From: an uncultured bacterium
GTDB taxonomy: Bacteria > Bacillota > Clostridia > Oscillospirales > Oscillospiraceae
Reading direction: 5' to 3'
Length of the DNA: 64,000 nucleotides
Assembly (NCBI GenBank): GCA_905215475.1
Contig: CAJMPW010000001.1
Location: forward strand, 111,109-175,108
The notes under the pieces are model-generated. The model did no database searches and was not told the origin of the DNA. It worked only from the letters and a program-made list of their open reading frames with translations. A program made the translations under genes and the position numbers. Below are positions 24,242 through 34,307 of the stretch, piece by piece. How positions within the stretch are numbered: position 1 is the first letter of the stretch; each line of letters opens with the position of its first letter.

Positions 24242-25204
24242 ATGATTCCACACGGCAAAGAGATCAAAGTGTTCACCGGCTCGTCCAACCCCGAACTGGC
24301 GGACATGATCTGCAAGAATCTCGGCATCTCCCTGGGCAAGAGCACGGTCACGTCGTTTGCCGACGGCGAGTGCTCCATCTCCATCAACGAGCCCGTCCGC
24401 GGCGTGGACGTGTTCATCGTGCAGAGCACCTGCAAGCCGGTCAATGACAGCCTCATGGAGCTGCTGGTCATGATCGACGCGATGAAGCGTGCCTCCGCCG
24501 GCCGCATCACCGCCGTCATCCCGTACTTCGGCTATGCCCGTCAGGACCGCAAGGCCAAGGCGCGCGATCCGATCTCGGCCAAGCTCGTGGCAAACCTGCT
24601 CACGATCGCCGGCGCTGACCGTGTGCTGACCATGGACCTGCACGCAGCGCAGATCCAGGGCTTCTTTGACATCCCGGTCGACAACCTCTACGGCGCGCCG
24701 CTGTTCGCCAGCCACTATCTGCGCCGCTTCGGCTACGGCCGCGAGGATATGGTCGTCGTCTCGCCGGACGTCGGCAGCGTGGCGCGTGCGCGCTCGTTCG
24801 CTATGAAGATGGGCCTGGGTCTGGCCATCGTGGACAAGCGCCGCGAGAAGGCCAACTGCTCTGAGGTCATGAACATCATCGGCAACGTCGAGGGCAAGAC
24901 CTGCCTGCTGCTCGATGACATGGTCGACACGGCCGGCAGCCTGTGCGGCGCGGCCAAGGCCATCGTCGAGGTCGGCGGCGCGAAGGAAGTGTTCGCCTGC
25001 GCATCCCACGGCGTGCTCTCTGGCCCGGCCGTCGATCGCATCAACGACAGCGTCATCGACGAGCTGCTCCTGCTCGACACCATTCCGTATCCGAAGGACA
25101 AGCCGGCCTGCGACAAGATCCAGTATCTGCCGGTCGCGCCGGTGTTCGCCGAGGCCATCAATCGCATCTATGAGGAGATGAGCATCTCCTCGCTGTTCGA
25201 GTGA
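24242..25204 (+). CDS. prs: Ribose-phosphate pyrophosphokinase (PRPP synthetase)
   Basis: MIPHGKEIKVFTGSSNPELA...DLHAAQIQGFFDIP...VVSPDVGSV...LLDDMVDTAGS. RBS AGAGAGG. Confidence 0.95.
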   Translation: MIPHGKEIKVFTGSSNPELADMICKNLGISLGKSTVTSFADGECSISINEPVRGVDVFIVQSTCKPVNDSLMELLVMIDAMKRASAGRITAVIPYFGYARQDRKAKARDPISAKLVANLLTIAGADRVLTMDLHAAQIQGFFDIPVDNLYGAPLFASHYLRRFGYGREDMVVVSPDVGSVARARSFAMKMGLGLAIVDKRREKANCSEVMNIIGNVEGKTCLLLDDMVDTAGSLCGAAKAIVEVGGAKEVFACASHGVLSGPAVDRINDSVIDELLLLDTIPYPKDKPACDKIQYLPVAPVFAEAINRIYEEMSISSLFE

Positions 25205-25791
25205 TGTTCTTTTCCAATCACGGCGGTGTGCAATGGCTGGTGGTGTTTCTCGGCAATCCCGGCCTGAAGTACCGCAACACGCGGCACAACGCGGGCTTTC
25301 TCGCGGCGGACGCCGTGGAAAAGGACTGCGGCGTGTCCATCGACCGGCTGCGCTTTCATGCGCTCACGGCGCAGGCGGAGCTCGGCGGGCAGAAGGTGTT
25401 GCTCATGAAGCCGCAGACGTATATGAACAACTCCGGCGAGGCCGTGGCACCGGCGGCAAAGTTTTATAAAGTGCCGCCGGAGCATATCCTCGTCGTGTCC
25501 GATGAGATCCATCTGCAGCCGGGGCGGCTGCGCATCCGGACGAAGGGCTCGGCCGGCGGGCACAACGGTCTCAAGAGCATCATCGCCAGCCTTGGCACGG
25601 ACGCGTTTCCGCGCATCCGCATCGGCGTCGGTGCGCCGCCGCACCCGGACTATGATATGCCCGACTGGGTGCTCGGCACGTTTCACGGCGATGATCTGAC
25701 CGCCATGAACGATGCGGCCGCACGCGCGGCGGAGGCCTGCGCGGTCTACATCCGCGACGGGGCGGACCGCGCCATGAGCCGCTTTAACTAA
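25204..25791 (+). CDS. pth: Peptidyl-tRNA hydrolase
   Basis: ...WLVVFLGNPG..YRNTRHNAGF...HNGLKSI... Start codon overlaps the prs stop (GTGATG); the exact start (25201 or 25204, or an internal GTG) is uncertain. Confidence 0.85.
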   Translation: MFFSNHGGVQWLVVFLGNPGLKYRNTRHNAGFLAADAVEKDCGVSIDRLRFHALTAQAELGGQKVLLMKPQTYMNNSGEAVAPAAKFYKVPPEHILVVSDEIHLQPGRLRIRTKGSAGGHNGLKSIIASLGTDAFPRIRIGVGAPPHPDYDMPDWVLGTFHGDDLTAMNDAAARAAEACAVYIRDGADRAMSRFN

Positions 25792-25936
25792 ACACTTGTC
25801 AGGGGTTTCCCACGTCCACCGGAACCGCCGCAGCCGACCGTGGGGCATTCGCCGCGCGCCGGTGTGCGGCCGGTAACGGCGCGGGAGACCCCCCTTGCTT
25901 TTTCTGCAATCTGAGAAATAAGGAGGCGCGCATTTC

Positions 25937-27136
25937 TTGAAAAAACACTGTATTGCCATGCTGCTTGCCGGCGGGCAGGGTTCGCGTCTGTACGCGCTCA
26001 CGGCGAAGGTCGCCAAGCCCAGCATCCCCTTCGGCGGCAAGTACCGCATCATCGACTTTCCGCTGTCCAACTGCGCCAACTCCGGCATCGACACCGTCGG
26101 CGTGCTCACGCAGTACCAGCCGCTGCTGCTCAACCGCTACATCGGCAGCGGTCAGGCGTGGGATCTGGACAGCATCGACGGCGGTGTGTACATTCTGCCC
26201 CCGTATCAGAGCGCGGGTGAGCGCGGGTCGTGGTTTTCCGGCACGGCCAACGCCATCTATCAGAACATGGACTTCATCGAGATGTATGACCCCGACTGCG
26301 TGCTCATCCTCTCGGGCGACCATGTGTATAAAATGGACTATGACAAGATGCTGCGCGCGCATGAGCAGGCAGGCGCTGCCTGCACGATCTCGGTCATCCA
26401 GGTCTCGATGGAGGAGGCTTCGCGCTTCGGCATCATGAACGTCGGGTCTGACGGCTTTATCAACGAGTTTGAGGAAAAGCCCGCCCACCCGAAGAGCGAC
26501 CTTGCCAGCATGGGCATCTATATCTTCGACTGGAAGGTGCTGCGCCGCTATCTCATCGAGGATGAGGCAGACCCGAACTCCGACAAGGACTTCGGCAAGA
26601 ACATCATCCCCAAGATGCTCGCCGCCGGGGAAAAGCTCCTGCCGTACCGGTTCGAGGGCTACTGGCGCGACGTCGGCACGATCGTCAGCCTCTGGGACGC
26701 GAACATGGATATGCTCTCGCCCACGCTCATCAATCTCTACGACCCGCAGTGGCCCATCCGCGCCAAGAGCCCCATCCGTCCGCCGCACAGCATCGGCCGG
26801 CAGGCGCAGGTGGTGCACTCGATCATCACCGAGGGCTGCACGATCGAGGGGCACGTGGAAAACTCCGTGCTCTCCAACTCCGTCACCGTCGGCGCGGGCG
26901 CGCGCGTGCACTACAGCATCCTGCACCCCGGCGTCGTCATTGAGCCGGGTGCGGTGGTGGAGTATGCCATCATCGGCGAGGGCACGGTCGTCGGCGCGGG
27001 CGCGCACATCGGCGCGCAGCCCGACGGGACGGACGGCTGGGGCGTCGCCACGGTCGGACCTGACACGGCAGTGCCCGCCGGCGCAGCAGTCCCGGCAGGC
27101 GCAATGATCTATGACGGAGCGGAGGTGCACGTATGA
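25937..27136 (+). CDS. glgC: Glucose-1-phosphate adenylyltransferase
   Basis: TTG start. [41 protein letters not shown]...; left-handed beta-helix C-terminus. Confidence 0.9.
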   Translation: MKKHCIAMLLAGGQGSRLYALTAKVAKPSIPFGGKYRIIDFPLSNCANSGIDTVGVLTQYQPLLLNRYIGSGQAWDLDSIDGGVYILPPYQSAGERGSWFSGTANAIYQNMDFIEMYDPDCVLILSGDHVYKMDYDKMLRAHEQAGAACTISVIQVSMEEASRFGIMNVGSDGFINEFEEKPAHPKSDLASMGIYIFDWKVLRRYLIEDEADPNSDKDFGKNIIPKMLAAGEKLLPYRFEGYWRDVGTIVSLWDANMDMLSPTLINLYDPQWPIRAKSPIRPPHSIGRQAQVVHSIITEGCTIEGHVENSVLSNSVTVGAGARVHYSILHPGVVIEPGAVVEYAIIGEGTVVGAGAHIGAQPDGTDGWGVATVGPDTAVPAGAAVPAGAMIYDGAEVHV

Positions 27137-28236
27137 GTGAAGTTCATGGTATCGTTTACGCGTATCGCAGCTCGGCGCGGCTCGGCGATCTGACGCGCTG
27201 GCGCACGAATGCATCCCTGCCGTTTTGCGGGCGCTACCGTCTGATCGACTTTGCGCTCTCGTCGCTCTCCAACGCGGGCGTGCACAGCGTCGGCGTCATC
27301 ATGCAGCGGGACTATCAGTCCCTGCTCGACCATCTCGGCAGCGGCAAGGCGTGGGATCTGTCACGCCGCAGCGGGGGCCTGCATCTGCTGCCGCCGTTCG
27401 GCGCCAACACCCGCGGCGACTATGCCGGCACGGCGGAGGCGCTCAACGCGGTCATCTCCTATGTGCGCGCCATTCCGGAGCAGGAGATCGTGCTCATGCC
27501 GGCGGACGTCGTGTGCAATCTTGACCTCGCCGCCGCCATCGCGCAGCATGAGGCGGGCGGCTGCGGCATCACGGCCGTCTGCCGGGATGGGGACGTCACG
27601 GGCGAACACCACCGTTTCCTCACGGATGCGCACGGCCGCGTCACGAAGCTCATCACGAGCGCCGCGCCCGATGCGGGGCTCACCTCCATGGAGGTCTACA
27701 TTGTCAATAAGGACGTGCTGCTCACCATGCTCGAGCTCTGCGCGCAGGAAAACCGCGCCTTCTTCCACCGCGACGCGCTGTTTTCCTATCTTGCGCGCGG
27801 CGGCACGATGGACGTGTTCCTGCACCCGGGCTACGCTGTGCGCGTGGACACGGTCGCGGACTATTTCTCCGCCAGCATGGATATGCTCTCTCCGGCGGCG
27901 CGCGCATCGCTCTTCCCGGCTGAACGTCCGGTGCGCACGAAAGAGCGCGCGGATGTCAGCACCTATTACGGCGAGCACGCGCACGTGGAAAACTGCCTCG
28001 TGGCCGACGGCTGCTTCATCGAGGGCACGGTCACGGACTGCATCCTGTTTCCCGGCGTGCGTGTCGCGCGCGGTGCGCAGCTGAGCCGCTGCATCGTCAT
28101 GCAGGACACCTGCATCGCCGCCGATGCGATCCTGCGCAACGTCATCGCGGACAAAAATGTCCGCATCGGTCCCGCCGTCACGCTCACCGGCTGTGAGGCG
28201 CTGCCGATCGTCATCCCCAAGGGCAGTGAGCTCTGA
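27133..28236 (+). CDS. glgD: Glucose-1-phosphate adenylyltransferase regulatory subunit GlgD
   Basis: [38 protein letters not shown]...; degenerate N-terminal G-box typical of GlgD. 4-nt overlap with glgC. Confidence 0.85.
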   Translation: MSEVHGIVYAYRSSARLGDLTRWRTNASLPFCGRYRLIDFALSSLSNAGVHSVGVIMQRDYQSLLDHLGSGKAWDLSRRSGGLHLLPPFGANTRGDYAGTAEALNAVISYVRAIPEQEIVLMPADVVCNLDLAAAIAQHEAGGCGITAVCRDGDVTGEHHRFLTDAHGRVTKLITSAAPDAGLTSMEVYIVNKDVLLTMLELCAQENRAFFHRDALFSYLARGGTMDVFLHPGYAVRVDTVADYFSASMDMLSPAARASLFPAERPVRTKERADVSTYYGEHAHVENCLVADGCFIEGTVTDCILFPGVRVARGAQLSRCIVMQDTCIAADAILRNVIADKNVRIGPAVTLTGCEALPIVIPKGSEL

Positions 28237-28272
28237 CCCTTCGCACGAACCAAGTAAAGGAAGAATCGTTAT

Positions 28273-30684
28273 ATGCCAATGACCAATCAGATTTCCCGCG
28301 ACGAGCTGCGCAGCGCCATTGCCGACAAGCTCTGCGCACACTTCGGCGTCACGGCCGAGACCGCGACCGACGAGCAGGTCTTTCAGGCCGCGGCCATCGT
28401 CATCCGCGAGATCCTCTCGCGCCTGCACACGTTTGACAGCCGCACCGCGCCCGAGCGCGAGGTGCACTACCTGTCGATGGAGTTTCTCATGGGGCGCTCG
28501 CTGATGAAGGACGCCTTCAACCTCGGCATCGGCGACGCGCTCACCGGCGCGCTCGAGGATCTCGGCCGCAGCGCCGCCGATATTTTTGAGACCGAGCCGG
28601 ATGCCGGGCTCGGCAACGGCGGTCTCGGCCGCCTTGCCGCGTGCTACATGGACAGCCTTGCCACCGAGGGCATCCCCGCCACGGGCTACTCGCTGTGCTA
28701 CGAGCTGGGCATTTTCCGGCAGCGCATCGTCGACGGCCGACAGACCGAGGTCGCGGACAACTGGCGCACCGCCGCCTCGAGCTGGCTCGTGCCGTGCCAT
28801 GAGGACACGGTCGAGGTGCGCTTCGGCGGCCGCGTTGAGCCGCACTGGGACGCCTATGGCCACTACCACGGCGAGCTGCGCGGCTATGAGAGCGTGCTGG
28901 CCGTGCCGCGCGATATGCTCATCGCGCCGTATGGCGACGGGCGCGTCAACACGCTCCGCCTCTGGGAGGCGCACAGCCCGAACGATCTGGATATGTACCT
29001 CTTTGCCGCCGGCAGCTATGTCCAGAGTCTGGAGCAGCGCACGATGGCTGAGGTCATCACGAAGGTGCTCTACCCGGCGGACGACCACATCGAGGGCAAG
29101 ACCCTGCGCATCCGCCAGCAGTATTTCTTCGTCTCCGCGACGGCGCAGAGCATCCTGCGCGCCCACCGCGCGCGCTACGGCACGGTGCGCAACTTTGCCG
29201 AGCACCACGTCATCCAGATCAACGACACGCACCCGACGCTCATCATTCCCGAGCTCATGCGCCTGCTGCTCGATGAGGACGGTCTCGGCTGGGACGAGGC
29301 GTGGGCGATCGTCACCGCCTGCGTCAATTATACCAACCACACCGTCATGTCCGAGGCGCTCGAGACGTGGCCGCAGGGACTCATTCAGAGCCAGCTGCCG
29401 CGCGTGTGGGAGATCATCTGTGAGATCAACCGCCGCTGGTGCGACGACCTGCGCGCCCGCTTCGGCGACGATGCGCGCGTGGGGCGCAACCTCATCATCG
29501 CCGACGGCAGCGTGCACATGGCAAACCTCTGTCTCGCCGCGTGCAAGACCATTAACGGGGTCTCCGCCCTGCACGGGGAGATCCTGCGCCGCGACCTCTT
29601 CCGCGACGTCTGCGCGCTCGATCCGAGCCGCTTTACCTATGTCACCAACGGCATCGACCACCGCCGGTGGCTTGCCCAGTGCAACCCCGGTCTGCACGCG
29701 CTCGTGTGCGACGTGCTCGGCAGCGACGCGTATCTGCGCCATCCGGAGGAGCTCGCGGGGCTTGAGCGCGCGGTGCATGACCCTGCCGTGCTCGCGCGGC
29801 TCGAGGAGGTCAAGGCACTCAACAAGCAGCGGCTGGCCGCGTGGGTGTTCCGCACGGACGGCTTCTCGCTCAACAGCGATGCGATCCTTGACGTGCAGGT
29901 CAAGCGCCTGCACGAGTATAAGCGCCAGCTTCTGTGCGCGATGCACATCACGCAGCTGCAGCTCATGCTGCACGATGATCCGGACCGGTCGTTCCAGCCG
30001 CGCACGTTCCTGTTTGCGGCCAAGGCTGCGCCCGGTTATGCGACGGCCAAGCGCATCATCCAGCTGCTGTGCTCGCTCGCGGCCGATGTGAACAGCGACC
30101 CCGTCTGCCGCGGCAAGCTGCAGGTGTACTTTCTGCCGAACTACCGCGTCTCGGCTGCCGAGATGCTCATGCCCGCCGCGCAGGTGTCCGAGCAGATCTC
30201 GACCGCCGGCAAAGAGGCCAGCGGCACCGGCAACATGAAGCTCATGATGAACGGCGCCGTCACGATCGGCACGCTCGACGGCGCGAACGTCGAGATGTTC
30301 GAGCAGCTCGGTGCGGACAATATGTTCCTCTTCGGTCTGCACGCTGATGAGGCGCAGGCGCTGCGCGCCGCGGGCTACGACCCGCAGACCTACGTCCGCC
30401 GCAGCCCGTGGCTGGGGCGCGTGCTCGAGCATATGAGCCGCGGCTATGCCGACGGCGAGAGCTATGCAGACCTTGTCGGCAGCCTGCTCTACGGCGGCGA
30501 CCCGTACCTGCTGCTCGCGGACTTTGACGACTATGCCGCCACGCACGAAAAGCTGTACGCGGCGATCGCCGACCCCGCCGAGCGCGCGCGGCTCTCGCTC
30601 GTGAACATCGCCCACAGCGGCATCTTCGCCGCCGACCGCGCCGTGCGCGAATACGCCGAGCGCATCTGGGGGGTGAACGTATGA
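28273..30684 (+). CDS. glgP: Glycogen/alpha-glucan phosphorylase
   Basis: PLP-site motif EASGTGNMKLMMNGA; ...LGNGGLGRLAAC... Confidence 0.95.
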   Translation: MPMTNQISRDELRSAIADKLCAHFGVTAETATDEQVFQAAAIVIREILSRLHTFDSRTAPEREVHYLSMEFLMGRSLMKDAFNLGIGDALTGALEDLGRSAADIFETEPDAGLGNGGLGRLAACYMDSLATEGIPATGYSLCYELGIFRQRIVDGRQTEVADNWRTAASSWLVPCHEDTVEVRFGGRVEPHWDAYGHYHGELRGYESVLAVPRDMLIAPYGDGRVNTLRLWEAHSPNDLDMYLFAAGSYVQSLEQRTMAEVITKVLYPADDHIEGKTLRIRQQYFFVSATAQSILRAHRARYGTVRNFAEHHVIQINDTHPTLIIPELMRLLLDEDGLGWDEAWAIVTACVNYTNHTVMSEALETWPQGLIQSQLPRVWEIICEINRRWCDDLRARFGDDARVGRNLIIADGSVHMANLCLAACKTINGVSALHGEILRRDLFRDVCALDPSRFTYVTNGIDHRRWLAQCNPGLHALVCDVLGSDAYLRHPEELAGLERAVHDPAVLARLEEVKALNKQRLAAWVFRTDGFSLNSDAILDVQVKRLHEYKRQLLCAMHITQLQLMLHDDPDRSFQPRTFLFAAKAAPGYATAKRIIQLLCSLAADVNSDPVCRGKLQVYFLPNYRVSAAEMLMPAAQVSEQISTAGKEASGTGNMKLMMNGAVTIGTLDGANVEMFEQLGADNMFLFGLHADEAQALRAAGYDPQTYVRRSPWLGRVLEHMSRGYADGESYADLVGSLLYGGDPYLLLADFDDYAATHEKLYAAIADPAERARLSLVNIAHSGIFAADRAVREYAERIWGVNV

Positions 30685-31565
30685 GCGGCTATGTTTGCGT
30701 CGTCGGCGCGGTGAACCTCGACATCTGCGGCCGCCCGGAGCGTAAGCTCATCTTCCGGGACTCCAATCCCGGCACGGTCACGCTCACGCCCGGCGGCGTC
30801 GGGCGCAACATCGCGCACGATCTGCGTCTGCTCGGCGCGGAGGTGAAATTTTTCACCGCCTTCGGCGGCGACTCGCACGCGCTGCTCCTGCGCGGAGACT
30901 GCGTGCGCCTCGGCATGGATCTCGGCTGCGCGCTCGACGTGCCCGACGGACGCACGTCGACGTATCTGTACATCACGGACGAGCGCGGCGAGATGCAGCT
31001 CGGCCTGTCCGATACGGACATCTCCGCCGCCATCACGCCGGACTATCTGGGCCACCATCTGGATGTGCTCAACGATGCGGCCGCCGTCGTCATCGACGGC
31101 AACCTGACGAGCGAGACCATCACGTGGCTGGGCAAACACTGCACGGCGCCGCTTTTTGCCGACCCCGTCTCCGTCACAAAGGCGGAGCGGATGCGCGCCG
31201 CGCTCGGCGCGCTGCACACGTTCAAGCCCAACCTCACCGAGGGGCAGAACCTCACGGGCGAGTCCACGCCTGAGGGCGTGGTCGCGGCGCTGCTGGCTCA
31301 GGGGGTGCAGCGCGTGTTTCTGAGCATGGGCGCCGAGGGCATCCTTGCCGGAACGCGCGGTGAAACGGTGTATCTGCCGTGCCTGCCCACCCGCATGGTC
31401 AACACGACCGGCGGCGGCGATGCGGTCATGGCGGCGCTTGTCTGGGCGTATCTCGCGGGGCTCGACCTGCGTGAGAGCGCGGCGGCCGCGCTGCGCGCCG
31501 GCAAGGCCACGGTCGAATATCCCGGCACGAACAACCCCGACCTCGGCGTGCTCGTCCACGGCTGA
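30681..31565 (+). CDS. PfkB-family carbohydrate kinase (ribokinase/pseudouridine-kinase-like); start overlaps the glgP stop
   Basis: N-terminal VCVVGAVNLDI..; C-terminal NTTGGGDAVMAAL (GG/DA anion hole). Confidence 0.75.
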   Translation: MSGYVCVVGAVNLDICGRPERKLIFRDSNPGTVTLTPGGVGRNIAHDLRLLGAEVKFFTAFGGDSHALLLRGDCVRLGMDLGCALDVPDGRTSTYLYITDERGEMQLGLSDTDISAAITPDYLGHHLDVLNDAAAVVIDGNLTSETITWLGKHCTAPLFADPVSVTKAERMRAALGALHTFKPNLTEGQNLTGESTPEGVVAALLAQGVQRVFLSMGAEGILAGTRGETVYLPCLPTRMVNTTGGGDAVMAALVWAYLAGLDLRESAAAALRAGKATVEYPGTNNPDLGVLVHG

Positions 31566-31579
31566 GGGCAGAAAACACA

Positions 31580-31613
31580 AGAAGCAGGCTTCCGGTTTCG
31601 GAAGCCTGCTTCT
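31580..31613. terminator. Bidirectional terminator between the PfkB kinase gene (+) and feoB (-)
   Basis: agaagcaggcttccg-gttt-cggaagcctgcttct; A/T tracts on both sides. Confidence 0.7.
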
Positions 31614-31615
31614 GT

Positions 31616-33580
31616 TCATATGTGCACGGCGATGCGGTACACGAGCGCCGCCGCGCACCATGCCGCTGCGCAATATCCCGCCGCCGCTGCAAGCGCAGCG
31701 AGTCTGCTGCCGAGCTCCTGGCGCATGGCCGCCTGCGCCGCCATGCACGGCGCATACAGTGCCGTGAACACGAGAAAGCTCGCGGCGGCCGCCGGGGAGA
31801 ACACCTGCGGCAGCGCTGCCGTCAGCTCGCCGCCGAGCAGCACGCTGAGCGTGGACAGCACCGTCTCCTTGGCCAGCAGCCCGGTCACGAGCGCGGTCGC
31901 GGCGCGCCAGTCGCCGAAGCCGAGCGGCGCAAACACCGGCGCGATCGCCTGTCCGATCGCGGCCAGCAGGCTCTCGTCGGCGCAGGCAGCCACGCGCCAC
32001 GCCGGGGTGAACGTGCGCAGCACCCATACGACCACGCTTGCCGCGAGGATGACCGTGAACGCCCGCGCGAGAAATTCCCGCGTCCGCTGCCACATCCGCC
32101 GCAGCACGCTGCGTGCGTCCGGCCAGCGGTAGTCCGGCAGCTCCATGACAAAGGGCACTGCCGTCCGCTGCTGCCCCGTGCAGACGAGCAGCTTTGCCGC
32201 ACCCACCGCCGTCCCGATGCCGAGCGCGTACAGCGCCAGAAACACCAAGGCGCTGCGCTGTGGGAAAAATGCGGCGGCAAAGGCCGCGTACACCGGCGTT
32301 TTTGCGCTGCAGCTCATCCACGGTGTGAGCAGGATCGTCAGCGTCCGGCTGCGCTGCGCGGGCAGCGTGCGCGCGGCGAGCACTGCCGGTACGCTGCACC
32401 CGAAGCCCAGCAGCAGCGGCACGGCACTCTGTCCGCTCAGCCCCAGGCGCCGCAGCGGACTGTCCATGACGAAGGCCACACGCGCGAGATAGCCCGTGTC
32501 CTCCAGCAGGGAGAGAAAGAAAAACAGCGCCAGGATCACCGGCGCGAATGCCGCCACGCTCCCCACGCCTGCAAACACGCCCTCGCGCACCAGCGCGCGC
32601 AGCAGCGGCCTTGCGTCCAGCGCCAAAAGCGCGCCGTCCGCCGCGTCTGCGAGCCATGCGATGACGCGCGCGAGCATTTGGCTCAGACACGGGCCGACGA
32701 TGTGAAACGTCAGGCAGAACACGCTGCCGAGCAGTACCGCCATTGCGGGGTAGGCCGTATACCGCCCCGTGAGCACGCGGTCGATACGCGCGCTGCGCCG
32801 GTGCTCGGGCAGCGCCTGCGGCAGGGTGAAAAACCGCGTCAGCCTGTCCACCTGCGCAAAGCGCGCCGTGGGCAGCGCATCGCCGCGCGTGAGTCCGGTC
32901 TCGCGCTCCATACGCGCGGCGGCCTGCCGTGCCGCCTCCGGTGCGTGATCGCCGTGTGCACTGTCGAGCCACTGCGTCGCCGCGAACACAGGCGGCAGAC
33001 CCGCCCTGCGCGCCTCGTCTGCAAGCACCCGGGCGAGCGTGCGCACGCAGCTTTGCACCGCGCCCGGAGCCAGCGCGCGCCACGGATCGGGCGGCGCACC
33101 CTGCGCCGCGCGCACGGCAGCGTCGAGCAGGGTGTCCAGTCCCTCACCCAGCGCCGCGCTCACCGGCACGACCGGGATGCCCAGCGCCTGCGCCAGCCCC
33201 GCCGTGTCCACCGCGCCGCCGCCTGCGCGCAGCGCATCCATCACGTTCAGCGCCAGCACGACCGGAACGCCCAGCTCCAGCAGCTGCAGCGTCAGATACA
33301 GACTGCGCGCCGGGCACGTCGCGTCCGCGATGCTGATGACCGCGTCCGGCTCACCGCCGAGCAGATACGCGCGCGTGACGCGCTCCTCGTCCGAGAAGGG
33401 GCGCAGCGCATACACCCCCGGCAGGTCGACGAGCGTCACGTCCGGCCGCGCGCGGCACACGGCCTCGCTGCGTGTGACGGTCACGCCCGGGAAGTTGCCC
33501 GTGCGCGCATTCGCCCCGGTGAGCGCGTTGAAGAGCGTCGTCTTGCCGCAGTTTGGATTTCCTGCGAGCGCGAGGATCAT
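31616..33580 (-). CDS. feoB: Ferrous iron transport protein B (no FeoA fused or adjacent)
   Basis: G-domain ILALAGNPNCGKTTLFNALTG...DLPGVY... plus polytopic membrane domains. Start at the ATG at 33580 (M-A-M-I; the first ATG at 33586 sits too close to the RBS AAAGGAGG). Confidence 0.85.
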   Translation of the reverse strand: MILALAGNPNCGKTTLFNALTGANARTGNFPGVTVTRSEAVCRARPDVTLVDLPGVYALRPFSDEERVTRAYLLGGEPDAVISIADATCPARSLYLTLQLLELGVPVVLALNVMDALRAGGGAVDTAGLAQALGIPVVPVSAALGEGLDTLLDAAVRAAQGAPPDPWRALAPGAVQSCVRTLARVLADEARRAGLPPVFAATQWLDSAHGDHAPEAARQAAARMERETGLTRGDALPTARFAQVDRLTRFFTLPQALPEHRRSARIDRVLTGRYTAYPAMAVLLGSVFCLTFHIVGPCLSQMLARVIAWLADAADGALLALDARPLLRALVREGVFAGVGSVAAFAPVILALFFFLSLLEDTGYLARVAFVMDSPLRRLGLSGQSAVPLLLGFGCSVPAVLAARTLPAQRSRTLTILLTPWMSCSAKTPVYAAFAAAFFPQRSALVFLALYALGIGTAVGAAKLLVCTGQQRTAVPFVMELPDYRWPDARSVLRRMWQRTREFLARAFTVILAASVVVWVLRTFTPAWRVAACADESLLAAIGQAIAPVFAPLGFGDWRAATALVTGLLAKETVLSTLSVLLGGELTAALPQVFSPAAAASFLVFTALYAPCMAAQAAMRQELGSRLAALAAAAGYCAAAWCAAALVYRIAVHI

Positions 33581-33671
33581 GGCCATGCCTCCTTTCCCGG
33601 ATGGCACAGCTTATGCGCAGACAAAAAGCGGTAGACTTGTACACGCGCGGGATGGTAAAATAAAGCTGCGG

Positions 33672-33700
33672 CAAAAAAATGCCGCCCGTGATCGGGCGGC
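33672..33700 (-). terminator. Intrinsic terminator-like hairpin in the feoB upstream region (second of a tandem pair)
   Basis: Minus strand: GCCGCCCG-AUCA-CGGGCGGC + AUUUUUUUG. Confidence 0.55.
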
Positions 33701-33830
33701 GTGCGTTTTGCTGAGATGATGCGATTCCGGGCAGGATGACAGAGCAGCGGGGGCGCTCGAGGGGGCGAAGGGCCCGCCTCGAATGCAATCTGATTGCTGC
33801 CTGTGCGCGGATCTATCCGGGCACAGACAG

Positions 33831-33854
33831 CAAAATGCCGCCCTTTTGGGCGGC
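33831..33854 (-). terminator. Intrinsic terminator just downstream of the 104-aa gene (first of the tandem pair)
   Basis: Minus strand: GCCGCCC-AAAA-GGGCGGC + AUUUUG; shares the flanking motif AAAAUGCCGCCC with the second hairpin. Confidence 0.5.
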
Positions 33855-33865
33855 AAAGGTTTGCT

Positions 33866-34180
33866 TTAGCGGTAGGTGGCGGCGCAGTCGCAGATGTGCA
33901 CGTCGACGCCCTTGCTGGCGGCGAAATCGTTGAGCTTGCTCATGAGCTTCTCGCGGTTGGCATTGACGATCTTCGTGGCCAGACGCTGCTTTTGATCCTG
34001 CGACATGGTGCGCAGAATGCCCTTGACGATGCGTGCCGAGGCCTCGGGCGTGTTGCACGCGAGCTTGAGCACGGGGTTGATGCTGCCGCTCTGGCTCAGT
34101 GCCTCGAGCACGAGCGGGAGCTGGGAATCGAGCTTATCAGTGTAGTCCAGACTCTCGATCCGGAAAGTAACTTCGATCAT
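33866..34180 (-). CDS. Hypothetical 104-aa cytoplasmic protein ending ...HICDCAATYR
   Basis: Start at the internal ATG (MIEVTFRIESLDYTDKLD...) with AAAGGAG RBS 8 nt upstream. No recognisable family. Confidence 0.55.
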   Translation of the reverse strand: MIEVTFRIESLDYTDKLDSQLPLVLEALSQSGSINPVLKLACNTPEASARIVKGILRTMSQDQKQRLATKIVNANREKLMSKLNDFAASKGVDVHICDCAATYR

Positions 34181-34307
34181 GATAAAAACTCCTTTAATGT
34201 ATATACATGAATGGGCAGCATTATAGCAGAAACTTTTTGCGATTTCCACCGTTGCGGCACAAAAAAGCTGACAACATTTCCACAATCACACGCAGGAGGT
34301 GACCCGG

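Noticed and set aside
27361-33634. Very long antisense ORFs (27361..30615 -, 1084 aa; 30531..33083 -, 850 aa; 31622..33634 +, 670 aa) across glgD/glgP/PfkB/feoB
   Set aside because: They are GC-driven open frames opposite well-supported genes, with no RBS or motifs.
33611-33856. 81-aa minus-strand ORF upstream of feoB as a possible FeoA
   Set aside because: The sequence (MPPKRAAFCCLCPDRSAHRQQSDC...) has no SH3-like FeoA features or RBS and overlaps terminator hairpins.
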